Shown here: one piece after another, positions 13,996 to 25,580 of the stretch
How positions within the stretch are numbered: position 1 is the first letter of the stretch
Layout: the number at the start of each line of letters is the position of its first letter
Origin: Mobula hypostoma
Lineage: Eukaryota
Direction: 5' to 3'
Length of the DNA: 64,000 bases
Assembly (NCBI RefSeq): GCF_963921235.1
Contig: NC_086108.1
Location: 11,036,001-11,100,000, forward strand
Translations under genes and position numbers: made by a program
Notes under the pieces: generated by a model
The model's database searches: none
The model's input: the letters and a program-made list of their open reading frames with translations, nothing else
Told to the model about the DNA's origin: nothing

Positions 13996-14063
13996 TATAT
14001 ATTCACTCTATTCTCTCTTTCACACAGACACAACCTATCTCTCTCTCTCTCTCTCTCTACATA
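13938..14063. repeat. Compound (TA)n/(CA)n/(CT)n microsatellite
   Basis: Directly visible. Confidence 0.95.
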
Positions 14064-14453
14064 TCTCAACCACTGTGCAGAATGACATGTAACATGGTAG
14101 TATACGGGGAGAAGGCTGGAGATTGGGGGAGACAGGATTAATTGGATCAGCCATGATGAAAAGGCAGAGCAGACTCGATGGGCCGAGTGGCCCAATATCT
14201 TATGGTCATGGGGATTAGCACCATGTTTTACAGCACTGGCTGCAAGACTGGGGTTCGATTCCTTCTGCAGTCAGTGTGGAGTTTGAACTTTCTCCCCATG
14301 ACTGCTTGGGATTCCCCGGGTGCTTCACTTTCCTCCCACAGTCCAAAGGCACACGGGTTAGTGTTAGTGAGATATGCCCATAATCTGTTGGTGCCGGAAG
14401 CATGGTGACGCTTGTGGGTTGCCCCAGGACATCAATGCTAATTTGATTTGATG

Positions 14454-15309
14454 TGCCACGTGATCGGCAACAATGAATATATCGAGTCAGGATTTATAAA
14501 CAAACAAACATTTATTAAACCCTGATAAACAATGAAAAAAAAATGAAAACCCTAACCAGAAGTAAACAGCTATGCTGCCATTCGGTAAACCACTACTCAG
14601 TACTATTTCTTAAAGCGATAATGCGAAACCAGTTCTTAAAGCAATAAATTCAAACACAGTCCTTTGAATGGTAAATTTTAAAGTCCAAGGGATTTATACA
14701 GTCAATTAGAAGAGACTTTCATGAAGTAACGAATTCCTCGAAGACACGGCGTCACTGCCACTCCCAGTCGGATCCTGCCTTGTCCGCAGGATCCACGGCA
14801 ATGGAAATAAAACAGTTTTAAAGGCACTGACCTTCCTCCTCCATAGAATAGATACTACACAGCCTTTCTGCCACTTTTAACAGAGGCTATCTCATGCAAA
14901 TCACTCTTTCTTGAACGAATTCAATAATGGTCGATGCTTTCCAAACCCGTCGAACGTCTCCTTCAGGGTCCCGTCTTCACTCTCCAATGTTACTGAAAAG
15001 ATACATTAACAAACCTGGCTGCGATTGGTCAAACTGTTGGCTCAGATCTCTGTACCTTACATTAGAACATAAGACTCTGTTTAAAATCAAAATTGCATCA
15101 TAATGCAAATACACAGCAGAGCAGAGTATCTCATTGATGTTCTAACTGAAAAACTAAACTGCGTCACCAGGGGTCTTCCCTTTTATACCCGTGGTGAACA
15201 TGTCATCACGTGACCTCACATCGGTGGGAAAATTATATCAGGTGACCTCCAAAAGAGCATTACATCATTCTCACAAGAAAGTCACAAGATCTCTTTGAGG
15301 TATGTAACA
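14454..15309 (-). mobile_element. Solo LTR inserted in a SINE
   Basis: TG...CA termini (TGCCACG...TGTAACA); 4-bp TSD GATG/GACG; minus-strand AATAAA (~14512) and TATAAA (~15182); shares GAGTCAGG/TTTATT end motifs with 31296-32003. Confidence 0.75.
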
Positions 15310-15884
15310 GACGCAAATGACACATTTTGCTGTAAGTTTCAATGTACATGTGACAAATAAAGATAATCTTTGTGTCTTTTCTTCATATCTCACACCCAGT
15401 CCCCCTTTCTCTCTAACTTGGCCTGTCTTTCATATCCTATGCATCTCTGAAACTCCACCCGCTACCTCAGTTTGGTCCCTCTTTATCTAAAGAGCAAGGA
15501 TCGTGGACTGTGGCCTCTGACTGATTATCAGCCTATCCCTGACGGTCTGAATGTTGAGTTCGCCACTGACCCCAGGGTCGGGCAGTGATGGCAGGTGATG
15601 AGATCTGTCTGCAGGGAGCCCAGAAAAAGGAAAACAGTCTAGAGCTGTGGAAGAATTCTGTGCATCGAATGGTGTCTGTGGAGGCAGAAAGTGTCTGTCG
15701 ATGTTTCTGGAAAAGACCCTGCATCAGGCCAGGGAGGAAAAAGGGGAGGGGGGCAGTGTAGAGCAGTACAAAGGAGGGCAGGAGAGCGGTTGGTAGGTTG
15801 TAGGTGGAATCGAATGGGGAGGAGTTGGTGGGCAGATGGAACTAGGTGGGAGTAAGGGAAGGTGTGAGAAAAGATATGTGGGAA

Positions 15885-16280
15885 CTGCCCTGGTATGGAA
15901 ACACCAATGCCCTTGTACAGAAAATCCTACAAAAAGTTGTGGATACGGCCCAGTTCATCACAGGTAAAGTCCTCCCCAGTATTGAGCATATCTTCCTGAA
16001 GCATTGTTGCAGGAAAGCAGCGTTCATCATCAGGGACCCCCACCACCCAGGACATACCCTCGTTTCACTGCTGCCGTCAGGAAGAAGGTACAGGAGCCTC
16101 AGGACTCACACCAGAATGATCAGGAATGGTTATGTCCCCTTAACCATCAAACCCTTGAACCAGAGGGGATAACTTGATTCAAATTTACTTACCACATCAC
16201 CGAACTGTTCCCACAACCTATGAACTCATTTTCAAGGACTCTTTATCTCATGTTCTCGATATATGTTGCTTATTTATTGA
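15885..16280 (+). mobile_element. Rex1/Babar 3' fragment
   Basis: WYGNTNALVQKILQKVVDTAQ...LLPSGRRYRSL. Confidence 0.8.
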
Positions 16281-16299
16281 CTAATATGCTTTTCTTTCA

Positions 16300-19140
16300 G
16301 AACAAGCTGGTAAAATGTGAGGTAAGGGCAGAGCCAAGCGTGCTCATTTGTCAATTGCTAGGAACTTTTGAATGATTCTAGTAGTGTTTGGTATTGTGGC
16401 TTTCTGGGGATTTACAGAGATATTGCCGTATAAACCTAATCGTTTAATGCTGTTGTGTAGGGACAATAAATACCCTGTTTGTGTTCATCAGTCTTTCAAT
16501 TTCCTCTTTTAATTCACCATATTTCTAGTGTTTTTCACTAATTGATAAATCATTCTCAATAATTATTCTCAGAGTAATCATGATGAGAGCAAGACACTGT
16601 ATAAAACCAGAAATCAGTAAAGAACAATGTGGCTTTGTGGAAAACACTGGAACCAGAAATGCAATTTTCATGCTACGGATGATCTGTGAACGAGCCATCC
16701 AGGTACAAAAAGACAGCTACCTATGTTTCATCAACTATACTAAAGCTTTTGACACTGTCAGGCAGCAAGATCTTCTGGAAATGCTTCAAGATCTTGACAT
16801 AGGTGGGAAAGATATACGTTTCTTAAGAAACTTGTACTAGGACCAGACAGCATCCATCAGAATAGAAGGAGAAGTGAGTGAGTATGTGAATATCATGAGA
16901 GGAGTCAGGCAAGGTTGTGTCTTTTTGCCAGACTTATTCAACCTGTATAGTGAAAATATCTTGAGAAGTATCAAAGACATCAAAGGATTCACAATTGGAG
17001 GCCATAATATAAATAACATCAGATATGCTGATGACATCGTACTGATAGCTGACTCAGAAACAAAACTTCAAGAACTATTCACTATAGTGGCAGCAGAAAG
17101 TAATCACAGAGGGCTCTCAATTAACACCAAGAAGACAGAAAGCATGGTCATCTCCAGAAAGGCAAACATCCCACAATGTGTGATCAAGATCGGAAATACA
17201 AACATCAAACAAGTCAGCAAATTCAAATATCTTGGCAGCCTAATAACAAGTGATGGCAGGTGCGACACAGATATCAAATACAGAATAGCAATAGCGAAAG
17301 AAGCTTTCCAAAAAATAAAGACCAAATTAACAGACAGAAAGATGAGCACATACACTAAAAACAGAATACTGCAGTGCTACATTTATTCTATCCTGACTTA
17401 TGGAAGTTAATGCTGGACCATTTCTCCAGCAATGGAAAAGAGACTAGAAGCAGCTGAATTATGGTTCTACAGGAGAATGTTAAAAATATCATGGACCACA
17501 CACACGTCAAATGAAGAAGTTCTCAGAAGAGCCCAAGCAGTTCGATCACCCATACCAACAATAAGAGAAAGACAACTCAGATTCCTAGGACATATCATGC
17601 AGAAGGATGAACTAGAAAAACTCATACTCTCTGGAAAGATTGAGGGGAGCAAACCTACAGGAAGACCTCGGCTTATGCACATCAAAAGCCTAGCCAGGTG
17701 GCTACACCTCGAGGAAATGGAAGCCATCCAAAAAAACGAAGGATAGATCTATATGGAAAACCATGGTCACCAACGTCCACATCGGATATGGTACCTAGAC
17801 AGACAGATAAATATCTAAATGTTGTGTGTGTGTGACATGGCTAGATCTATAAAGTTGTTTTTGCTTGTTTATCCTGTATTATTAGATATGAACAGTTATT
17901 ATAGATTGCCCTATCTGTAATAATGGAATGGTCATAATATAATTTGTTGGACTGATTCTAAAACTGGATCAGGCTTGGATTTATAGTAAAATATGGTACC
18001 TTTTATGGGTTTGTGAATTTTGATGAATAATGTTTCCCACTTGATTGTGTCTGTGTAAGTATTCAGATTGAGTTAAACTGCTGCAGGATCCTGTAATATG
18101 TTGTATTGTTTCTGACTTCTCTTGGCATTTTCTGTAGTTATCGCCTTGAATTTGTTGGTGATTTATTATGTATTTTTGATAAATACTTGTGTTTACCTCC
18201 TGGTCCTGTATTGCCACAAGGAACCCCCTTCTGTTTCTGGGATCCAAATCTGAGCCAGGCATTGCATGCTTCCTTGTCAACATCTGGTCTGCTCAGATTG
18301 TGAGGATGTCTTCCGTTGAGGGTCATGCTTTTCCATTGGTTAACTTTTTCTTCAATAGTGATAATTTCTTAACTTTTCTGGGTTGTGCTCTCATTTAAGT
18401 TCAGTGGTGTGTACTTCTTATCAGAATTGCATATGCTCACGCGGAGTGCAGAATCCTGTTTACTTAGATGAAAATATATCCTTAGAAGTTTTATCTGACT
18501 GTTGTGTAAATGTTTTATGTGTTATTCCTCTTCTTCCTTTTGTCCTAGGTAGTGTTAATCTAAGTATATTTGAGTGTATGTAGCGTAGAGTTTTTTTAAA
18601 TTTGTTGTTTGAGTTCTTAATTTTGTTTGTAAATTTACCAGATTGAAACATGACATTATGCCAAAAGAATACATTAATATAGGTACAGTGAAAGTGTTTA
18701 TTGCCTTTGTTATACTTTTACTATTGAGCTCTGTTCAGCAGATTTTCTTAAGCCTGGAAGTAAATTCTGATGAAAATCTTTGCTTTCTCACATTATGATC
18801 TATTTTCTTTGTTTGTTGATACGCTAGGTATTTATATGTTTCATATTCATCCATTGGCTGTGTCGTATCCTGTCGCTCTGTTTTGTATTCTATTAGCTCC
18901 ATTGCACCTTTCTTTCTGTTTAATGTTCTGCACTTATCTATTCCAAAGTTCATGTTTATATCTTCCGAAACATTTTCCACTGTTGGAATTAATTGCTTTA
19001 ACTTTACTAGCGAAGGAATGTATAATTTCAAATTGTCCATGTATGTAGTTTGTTTGTTTGTTTCTGATTTGATACCTAATTTTATGGATGATTCAGCAAA
19101 TTAGAGAGTGAGCCTAAAGCTAGACAAAAACATAGTGGCC
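16300..19140 (-). mobile_element. R4/Dong(Rex6)-like RLE-type LINE, degenerate, split by an RTE insertion
   Basis: YMDNLKLY RT motif, GRHPH..VDKEACNAWL, GFLVAIQDQ, zinc knuckle KCQEKSETIQHITGSC, HRHNQV. Confidence 0.8.
16551..17805 (+). mobile_element. 5'-truncated RTE-clade LINE (one frame with two premature stops)
   Basis: EQCGF..GTRNAIF, YTKAFD, GVRQGC, IRYADDIVL, LEAAELWFYRRMLKISW; (AGAC)n tail; TSD GATAAAT at 16544-16550 and 17806-17812. Confidence 0.92.
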
Positions 19141-19149
19141 TTATTATTT

Positions 19150-20450
19150 TTTTTCTTTCAGCTCAAGCTGATAAAACCTGAGGTAAGGACGTAGCTAATT
19201 ACACAAATTTCTTAATTGCTAGGATCTTTCAGACTATTCTGGTGGTGTTTGGTATTGTGGCTTTCTGAAGATTTACATAAATATTGTTGTGTAGCCCTAA
19301 TTGTTTACTGCTATGGTGCAGTGACTTAGAGAAGATACCAGTTGTAGATACTACTGTTTATGTTCCATAGTCTTTCAATTTCAATTTCTTTTAATTCAGC
19401 TTATTTCTAATGTTTTTCAATTATTGATGTCTATATGCTATGTGTATTTGGGATGGTTATATCTTGCTGACTGGTGGCGTAGTGACATCAGCGCTGGACT
19501 CCAGAGCGAAGGTTCCCGAGTTCGAACTCAGTCGGGCCGCTCCCGGGTACGCTTTCCATCCGTGCTGGGTTGAGTGTCGAGCTCGCAACTTGGCCTCGTA
19601 AAAAAAAACTGCGCTGTGAGAAGGACGTGGGGGGCCACTCACAGAAAACCACTTGAAAAAGTGGTCGCCAAGGCTGTGGCAGTAAAAATAAAGCTAAGTT
19701 GTTCTTGCTTGTTTATCCTGTAATATTATATCCAGATGTTTATTATGGATTGTCCTATCTGTAATAATGGATCACTCATTATATAATATGTAGGACTTGA
19801 CTCCAAGACTGGATCCAGCTTGTATTTATAGTAAGGTATGATTTCTTCTATGAGTTTGTATTTTAAAGCAAGATTTTGGAGAATGATGTTCCTCACTTGA
19901 TTGTGCCTGTGTAAGCAATCAGATTGAGTTAAACTGCTGCAGGATCCTGTAATGCATTGGATTGTTTCTGGTTTCTCTTGGCATTTTCTGCATTTATCAT
20001 CTTGAATTTGTTGGTCTTTTATTATGTATTTATGATAAATTTTTAGGTTAAACACCTGGTCCTGTATTATAACAAGGAACCCCTTCTGTTTCTGGGAAAA
20101 GGTCTCCAACTCTGAGTCAGGCATTCAATACTTCCTTGTCAACATCTAGTCTGCTCAGGTCGTGAGGATGTCTTTCATGGAAGGTCATGCTTTTCCATTG
20201 GGTAACCTTCTCTTCAATAGTGATAATTTCTTCATTTTTCTGGGTTGTGCTTTCATGAAAGTTCAATGGTGTGTATTTCTTATCAGAATTGCACATGCTC
20301 ACGTGAAGTGCTGAATCCTGTTTTTATTGATGGAAATATATCCTGTGAAGTTTTATCTGACTGTTGTGCTGATTTTTTTATGTCTGTTATTGCTCTTCCT
20401 CCTTCTGTCCTAGGTAGCGTTAATTTAACACTTTCAAATGTACATAATGT
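19150..20450 (-). mobile_element. Second R4/Dong-like LINE 3' fragment, interrupted by a SINE
   Basis: DDKCRKCQEKPETIQCITGSC..HRHNQV; parallels 16300-18570. Confidence 0.8.
19470..19690 (+). mobile_element. tRNA-derived SINE
   Basis: A box TGGCGTAGTG, B box GAGTTCGAACTC, internal A-run. Confidence 0.65.
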
Positions 20451-21339
20451 TGGCTGAAATGTGTCATTTCATTTCTTATTTTTGTATTATTATTATTTTG
20501 TATTTGCAGTTTGTTGCCTTTTGCACATTGGTCGTACATCTGACTATTTAGGTGTGGTGTTTCATTGATTCTATTGGGTTCCTTTGTGTGATTTATTGTG
20601 AATGCCCACAAGAAAATTAATCTCAACGCTTATTATCTCTACGATAATAAGTTCACTTTGAACTTTGTGTTTTCTGCTCTTTGTTCTAACTTCACTCTCC
20701 CAGTATCTTGGTGCCTAATGCCATCTGTCATCAGATGCACCAGGAACCTGGCGGCGACATGTGTTGCAAGGTTGAAGTTGAAGCAGCATGCACCACTTCC
20801 TCTGGCAGTTCATTCTACACTCTCACCTCCCTCTGATACAGTCACAGAGTCACATTGAAGTACAGCACAGAAATAGTACCTTTGGCCCATCTAGATCATG
20901 CCGAACCATTTACACTGCCTACCCCCAACAACCTGAAGTGGGACCATTGGCCTCCATGTCCCCACCGTCCATGTACCGATCCGATATTGAAATTGAACTC
21001 ACATCCACCTCTTGTGCTGGCAGCTCATTCCACACTCTCACAACGCTCTGAGTGAAGAAGTTTACCCTCATGTTCACCTTATACATTTCACCTCTCACCC
21101 TTAACCCCTGACCTCTGTTTGTATTCCCACCCAACCTCAGTAGAAAAAGCCTGCCTGCATTTACCCTCTCTATACTCCTCATAATCTTGTATATCAAATC
21201 TCCCCTCAACCGTCTACATTCCAAAGAATACAGTCCTAACCGATTCAATCTTTCCTTATAACTCAGGTCCTCCAGTCCCAGTAACATCCTTGTAAATTTT
21301 CTTTGTACTCTTTCAGCCTTATTTACATCTTTCCTGTAG

Positions 21340-21755
21340 ATTCTCCGTGGATTGTCTCCTTGTCGTGGTGGAGAAGCTTGTGTGGTCCTGTGATCCCGAG
21401 AGCAATGCCGTCTGGAGCTATGCTCCTGGTAGGGTCACCCATGGCGGTAAGGTCGAGGGTGAGGTCCCTGACAAAGAACAATCCAGCCAAGACCTCAACA
21501 GTGGAACAGGCAGACAAAGTTACTTCGAACTCAACGGCCATGAAGATGGATGAAGGCTGCAACAAATCCATCAGCTCCAATCATCGTGGTTTCCATGCCA
21601 TTGGAATCAACTGGTTGATTTGTGAAGTATCGTGTGCTTCTTGGAGTGTAACATCAAGTACACATTAAACAAATATACGCACAGGCGTCTTCACCCTGTG
21701 GGCCACTTCTTCAGAATGAAGACAACCATGCTTGACCTCGAGAGATAGCCACGGT
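21340..21755 (+). mobile_element. Non-autonomous RTE-derived element (Rex3/BovB-like 5' region)
   Basis: CTTGTCGTGGTGGAGAAGCTTGTGTGGTCC..GGTAGGGTCACCCATGGC..CTGACAAAG; interrupts the CR1. Confidence 0.6.
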
Positions 21756-21851
21756 TGGTAGGTGACCCAAACCACACACAATGCTCCAAATTAGGCCTTA
21801 TGAGCATCTTATACAATGTTAACATAACGTCCCATCTCCTGTACTCAATAC

Positions 21852-21946
21852 AAACAAGAGAAAATCTGCAGATCCCGAAACATTGACTGTACTCTTTTCT
21901 TAGATGCTGCCTGGCCTGCTGGGTTCCTCCAGCATTTTGTGTGTGT
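21852..21946. mobile_element. Miniature PLE insertion with an inverted end
   Basis: 15-bp TSD TCCTGTACTCAATAC at 21837-21851 and 21947-21961. Confidence 0.8.
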
Positions 21947-22723
21947 TCCTGTACTCAATACTTCAATCTATGAAAGCCAATGTGCCACAAACTTTCTTTA
22001 TGGCCTTACCTACCTGTGATGCCACTTTCAATGAATTATGAACCTGTATTTCCAGATCCCTCTGCTCTACCACACTCTTCAGTGCCCTGCTCTTCACTGT
22101 GTAAGACCTATTCTTGTTGTCCTACCGAAGTGTAACACCTCACACTTTTCTGCATTAAGTTCCATCTCCCATTTTCCAGCCCATTTTTCCAACTGGTCCA
22201 GTGTCCACTGCAAGCTCTGATAGTCTTCCTCACTGTCCAAGACATCCCCAATCTTGATGTCACCTGCAAATTTACTGATCTAGTTAACCACTTTACTAAC
22301 CATGTTATTAATATGCCAGGTTGGCAGGGCCCTGGTGGCTATGTATGTTACAGTCAGAGGTTGTTCACAGAGGATTGTACTGGGAAAACGGCCTGTGGCT
22401 TCTCTGAACACTTACACCGGGCTGTGAGCAGAGGTTTGTTTTCCAAATTGCTCCCTCTGTCATTTTAGTTCAGCAGGAGTAGGGACCATCTGTTCCCCAG
22501 GCTCTCTTCCTCTCTCCCCTGTTCCCTGCACTATTTCCAATGGATAGTTGGCACATTGGGATACATTCTGTGCTAATTCTCAGATCCCTTGTCGTCGAGA
22601 CCATAATCGTACCAATTTTGACAGATATTTTTCTAGAGATTCTGCTTAAACCCATCAGATTATAAACAAGGGAAAGACCCACCAGTTTTTAAACAAGCAC
22701 ATGTTTAATAGCGGTTCCTTGAT

Positions 22724-23522
22724 ATACGCCCAGTGGCCGCTTTATTGCGTACCTCTTGTACAAAAATAAAGTGGCCACTGAGTGCATGTTAGTGGTCTTG
22801 CTGCTGTAGCCTGTTCACTTGAAGGATCAATGTACTGTGCGATCAGAGACGCTTTTCTGCACACCACTGTTGTAACATGTGGTTATTTGAGTTACTGTCA
22901 TTTTCCTGTCAGCTTGAACAAGTCTGGCCATTCTCCTCTGACCCCTCTCATTTACAAGGTGTTTTCACCCACAGAACTGCTGCTCACTGGATGTTTTTTG
23001 TTTCTTGCACCATTCTCTGTAAACTCTAGAGACTGTTGTGTGTGATCAGCAGTTTCTGAGACACCCTAACTACCCTGTCTGGCACCAACCATCATTCCAC
23101 GGCCAAAGTCACTTTGATCATATTCCTTCCCCATTCTGATGTTTGGTCTGAACAACAACTGGACCCCTTCACCACATGTGCATGGTTTTATGCACTGAGT
23201 TACTGCCACATAATTAACTGATATCGGCACGATAGCATGGTGGTTAGCAGAAACACTTTGCAATACCGGCGATACAGGTTCAATCGCTGCCTGTAAGGAG
23301 CTTTCTCCCCGTGACCATGTGGGTTTCCTCCCTCAGTCCAAAAACGTACAGGTAATTGTCCCATGGCTAGGTTGGGTTGCTCTGCAGAACGGTTCGAATA
23401 GCTGGAAGGGCCAAGTCCACGTTGTATCTCATTAGATAAATGAACAAACAGATAAATGAATAAAAACTCAATTTGCTTTAACGAGCAGGTGTACAGGTGT
23501 ACCTATTAAAGTGGCCACTGTA
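22724..23522 (-). mobile_element. Tc1-like non-autonomous transposon (SINE nested at ~23225-23440)
   Basis: CAGTGGCC(A/G)CTTTATT-type TIRs; transposase remnant MGKEYDQSDFGRGMMVGARQG. Confidence 0.8.
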
Positions 23523-23989
23523 TTGCAGTCTGTTGCAGAGCAGTTATCTGGTGCTGTTTGATTAATATGTAAGGCCAAATGAATTAATTACAGAAGGGAA
23601 ACATTGGAGTTGAAAACCTTCACCACAGTGGGCAGACTGAAATCTAAACAGTGCAGGTGCCGGACTTGGAACGAGACCAGAAAATGCCGGGGAATTAAAC
23701 AGGTTTAATGTTTTGGACCGAGAGCCCAGACTCACCAGCAATTTCTCATCATAATCTTTAAAAGTATATTGGTAATTGTTCATTTCACTGGGATTCATAC
23801 TCAAGTTTCTTGTGAAATTAGGAATGATTACATGATAATAATAATTCACACAATATTCCTCTGTGCAACTTTGATGATTTTTGCTTTTTACATTGTTTTA
23901 AGAATTGGAATCAGGCTTGCATGTTTTGTTTGGCAGCAGCTGTGCAGAGCAATGAATTTCACAATTCAATGAGATTTACAGGAAGATGT

Positions 23990-24910
23990 TTTTTCCTGCT
24001 TGTCATTGCTGCTTGCTGTGCCTCCAGCAGCGCCCTTAGGTCAACTACAGCGTTATCAGCCAGGGGACTGCTACTCATTGATGTTTCGCTCCTGGTAGCC
24101 CTGGTTCACCTCCAAGTGGCAGAGACATGTCCCTGACACCCTCTGCAGCTTTCAGTGAGGTTAGTCAGTTCCCCAACTTCTGTCCTTCCTCCTCAGTCAG
24201 TGGGTGCCATCCCGAATCTGGGGTTGGCAGCTATGCACCTCCATCTTCTTCGATCTTGCGACAGCACCGAGTACAGCCTCTCCTCCAGTTGGTTCTCGCT
24301 GGCGCCTTGGCACCGCCCGCCGAACTCGAGCCCGAGGCTGTGTCGGCTTCCAGCCGCGGCTGCTTCTTCGAGCTTGGCCCTTCCTTAGGCGGAGGCCTTG
24401 GGCAACACGTCTCTTCTAACTAGGTGCATAGCATACGATTCGTAGATATGTGGTGAGGCTTTAATCTCTTCCACGGAAGATGGCCGTTGGCTCACAAGGA
24501 GCTCATCCGCCCTTTGTCAGGTCTGGTTTTTTTTAGTCCTGCTGGGTGTCCTCACACCCTCCTCACCAGGCTAAGTCCGGTGGGGGAGCCGGCCCAAGTC
24601 GCCGACCACTCGACCACGACCCCCGGCCAAGCGCCGGGCACCCGCCCCCTGCCAAATCACTCCAAGCGTCCGGCGCCCGACTGAAAACCATGGTCGAGTG
24701 GCCGGGGACCTTCCTCCTCAGCCACAGTCCAAAGCTGCCCTTTCCTGCCTCTTCAGCCAGCTGTCTGGTGGCCCTCCTGAGCCTCGCTCCAGTCACCGCC
24801 ACCTCACGGACTATCCTTGCTGTTGATGCACTGATGAAGCCCAGGCAGCCTACCTCCACAGGGTAGAAGATGGGCGTCCAGCCAGCTTCCTTACACCCAG
24901 CTGTCAGGTC
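23990..24910 (-). mobile_element. HERO-like RLE LINE 3' end, split by a 512-bp insertion
   Basis: CKEAGWTPIFYPVEVGCLGF..LAEEAGKGSFGLWLRRK continues as DRSWGTD* across the TSD. Confidence 0.75.
24197..24708 (-). mobile_element. Non-autonomous RTE-derived retroposon with a 5' hairpin
   Basis: 13-bp TSD CCTTCCTCCTCAG at 24184-24196 and 24709-24721; 3' part reads SQDRRRWRCIAANP, like RTE C-termini; CpG-rich, so probably young. Confidence 0.75.
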
Positions 24911-25179
24911 ATAAATAGTGGAATAATGGACCATCCAAAAATTGAGTGACAGAGGAGAAAAAGCTTCTTCCAAATCAGTGAGTGTGGGTCTTCACGTTCT
25001 GGTATTGAGAAGAAGACATGTTCCAGGTAATAAGACTCCTTAATGATGGATGTGGCCTCGTGAAGGCGTTTCAGTGGTGTGGAGGGCTGTGGCAGTGGTG
25101 GGGCTGTGTGAGCTTACAACCCTTTGCAATTTTTTCCAATCCTGTGCAGTGACCCTCCATGCCAGAGAGTGAGTTCCTG

Positions 25180-25580
25180 GAATTCTACTAATTGCCACCA
25201 CTTCGTCTTCTTTTCCTATTCCCACTTCCCTCCCTCACCTTATCTCCTTACCTCGTCATCACCTCCCTCTGGTACTCCTCCCCTTCCATGATCTTCTGTC
25301 CTCTCCTATCAGGTTCCCTCTTCTCCAGTGCTTTACCCCTTTCACCAATCAACTTCACAGCTCTTTATTTCACCCCTCCCCCTCCCAGATTCACCTATCA
25401 CCTTGTATTTCTCCCCCACCTTCTTACTCTGACTTCTCATTTCATTTTTCCAGTCCTGTGGAAGGGTCTTGACCTGAAACATCATCCCTTTTCCATAGGT
25501 GCTGCCTGTAGTGTTGAGTTCCTTCAGCATTGTATGCGTGCGTGTTGCTCTGGATTTCCAGCACCGCAGATTTTCTCCAG
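25180..25580 (+). mobile_element. Degenerate PLE 3' terminal fragment
   Basis: Pyrimidine-rich pLTR, degenerate hammerhead region, TGTGTTGCTCTGGATTTCCAGCA tail. Confidence 0.65.

Larger units (their letters stand above)
20845..22290 (-). mobile_element. CR1 fragment with nested RTE-derived and PLE insertions
   Basis: LSYKERLNRLGLYSLECRRLRGDLI..FFTQSVVRVWNELP. Confidence 0.85.

Noticed and set aside
13836..14195. ORFs with YIHTHT/ERER runs
   Set aside because: Translation of a microsatellite
15465..15608. Minus-strand segment after a good splice acceptor
   Set aside because: Stops in all three frames before the candidate donor; no recognisable peptide
19470..19545. tRNA-like A/B boxes
   Set aside because: No complete cloverleaf and followed by a SINE body; a SINE head, not a tRNA gene
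24440..24590. HDV-like or hammerhead ribozyme in the RTE-derived leader
   Set aside because: Could not fit the P1/P2/P3 pseudoknot; CUGGUGA deviates from CUGANGA and no GAAA is correctly placed
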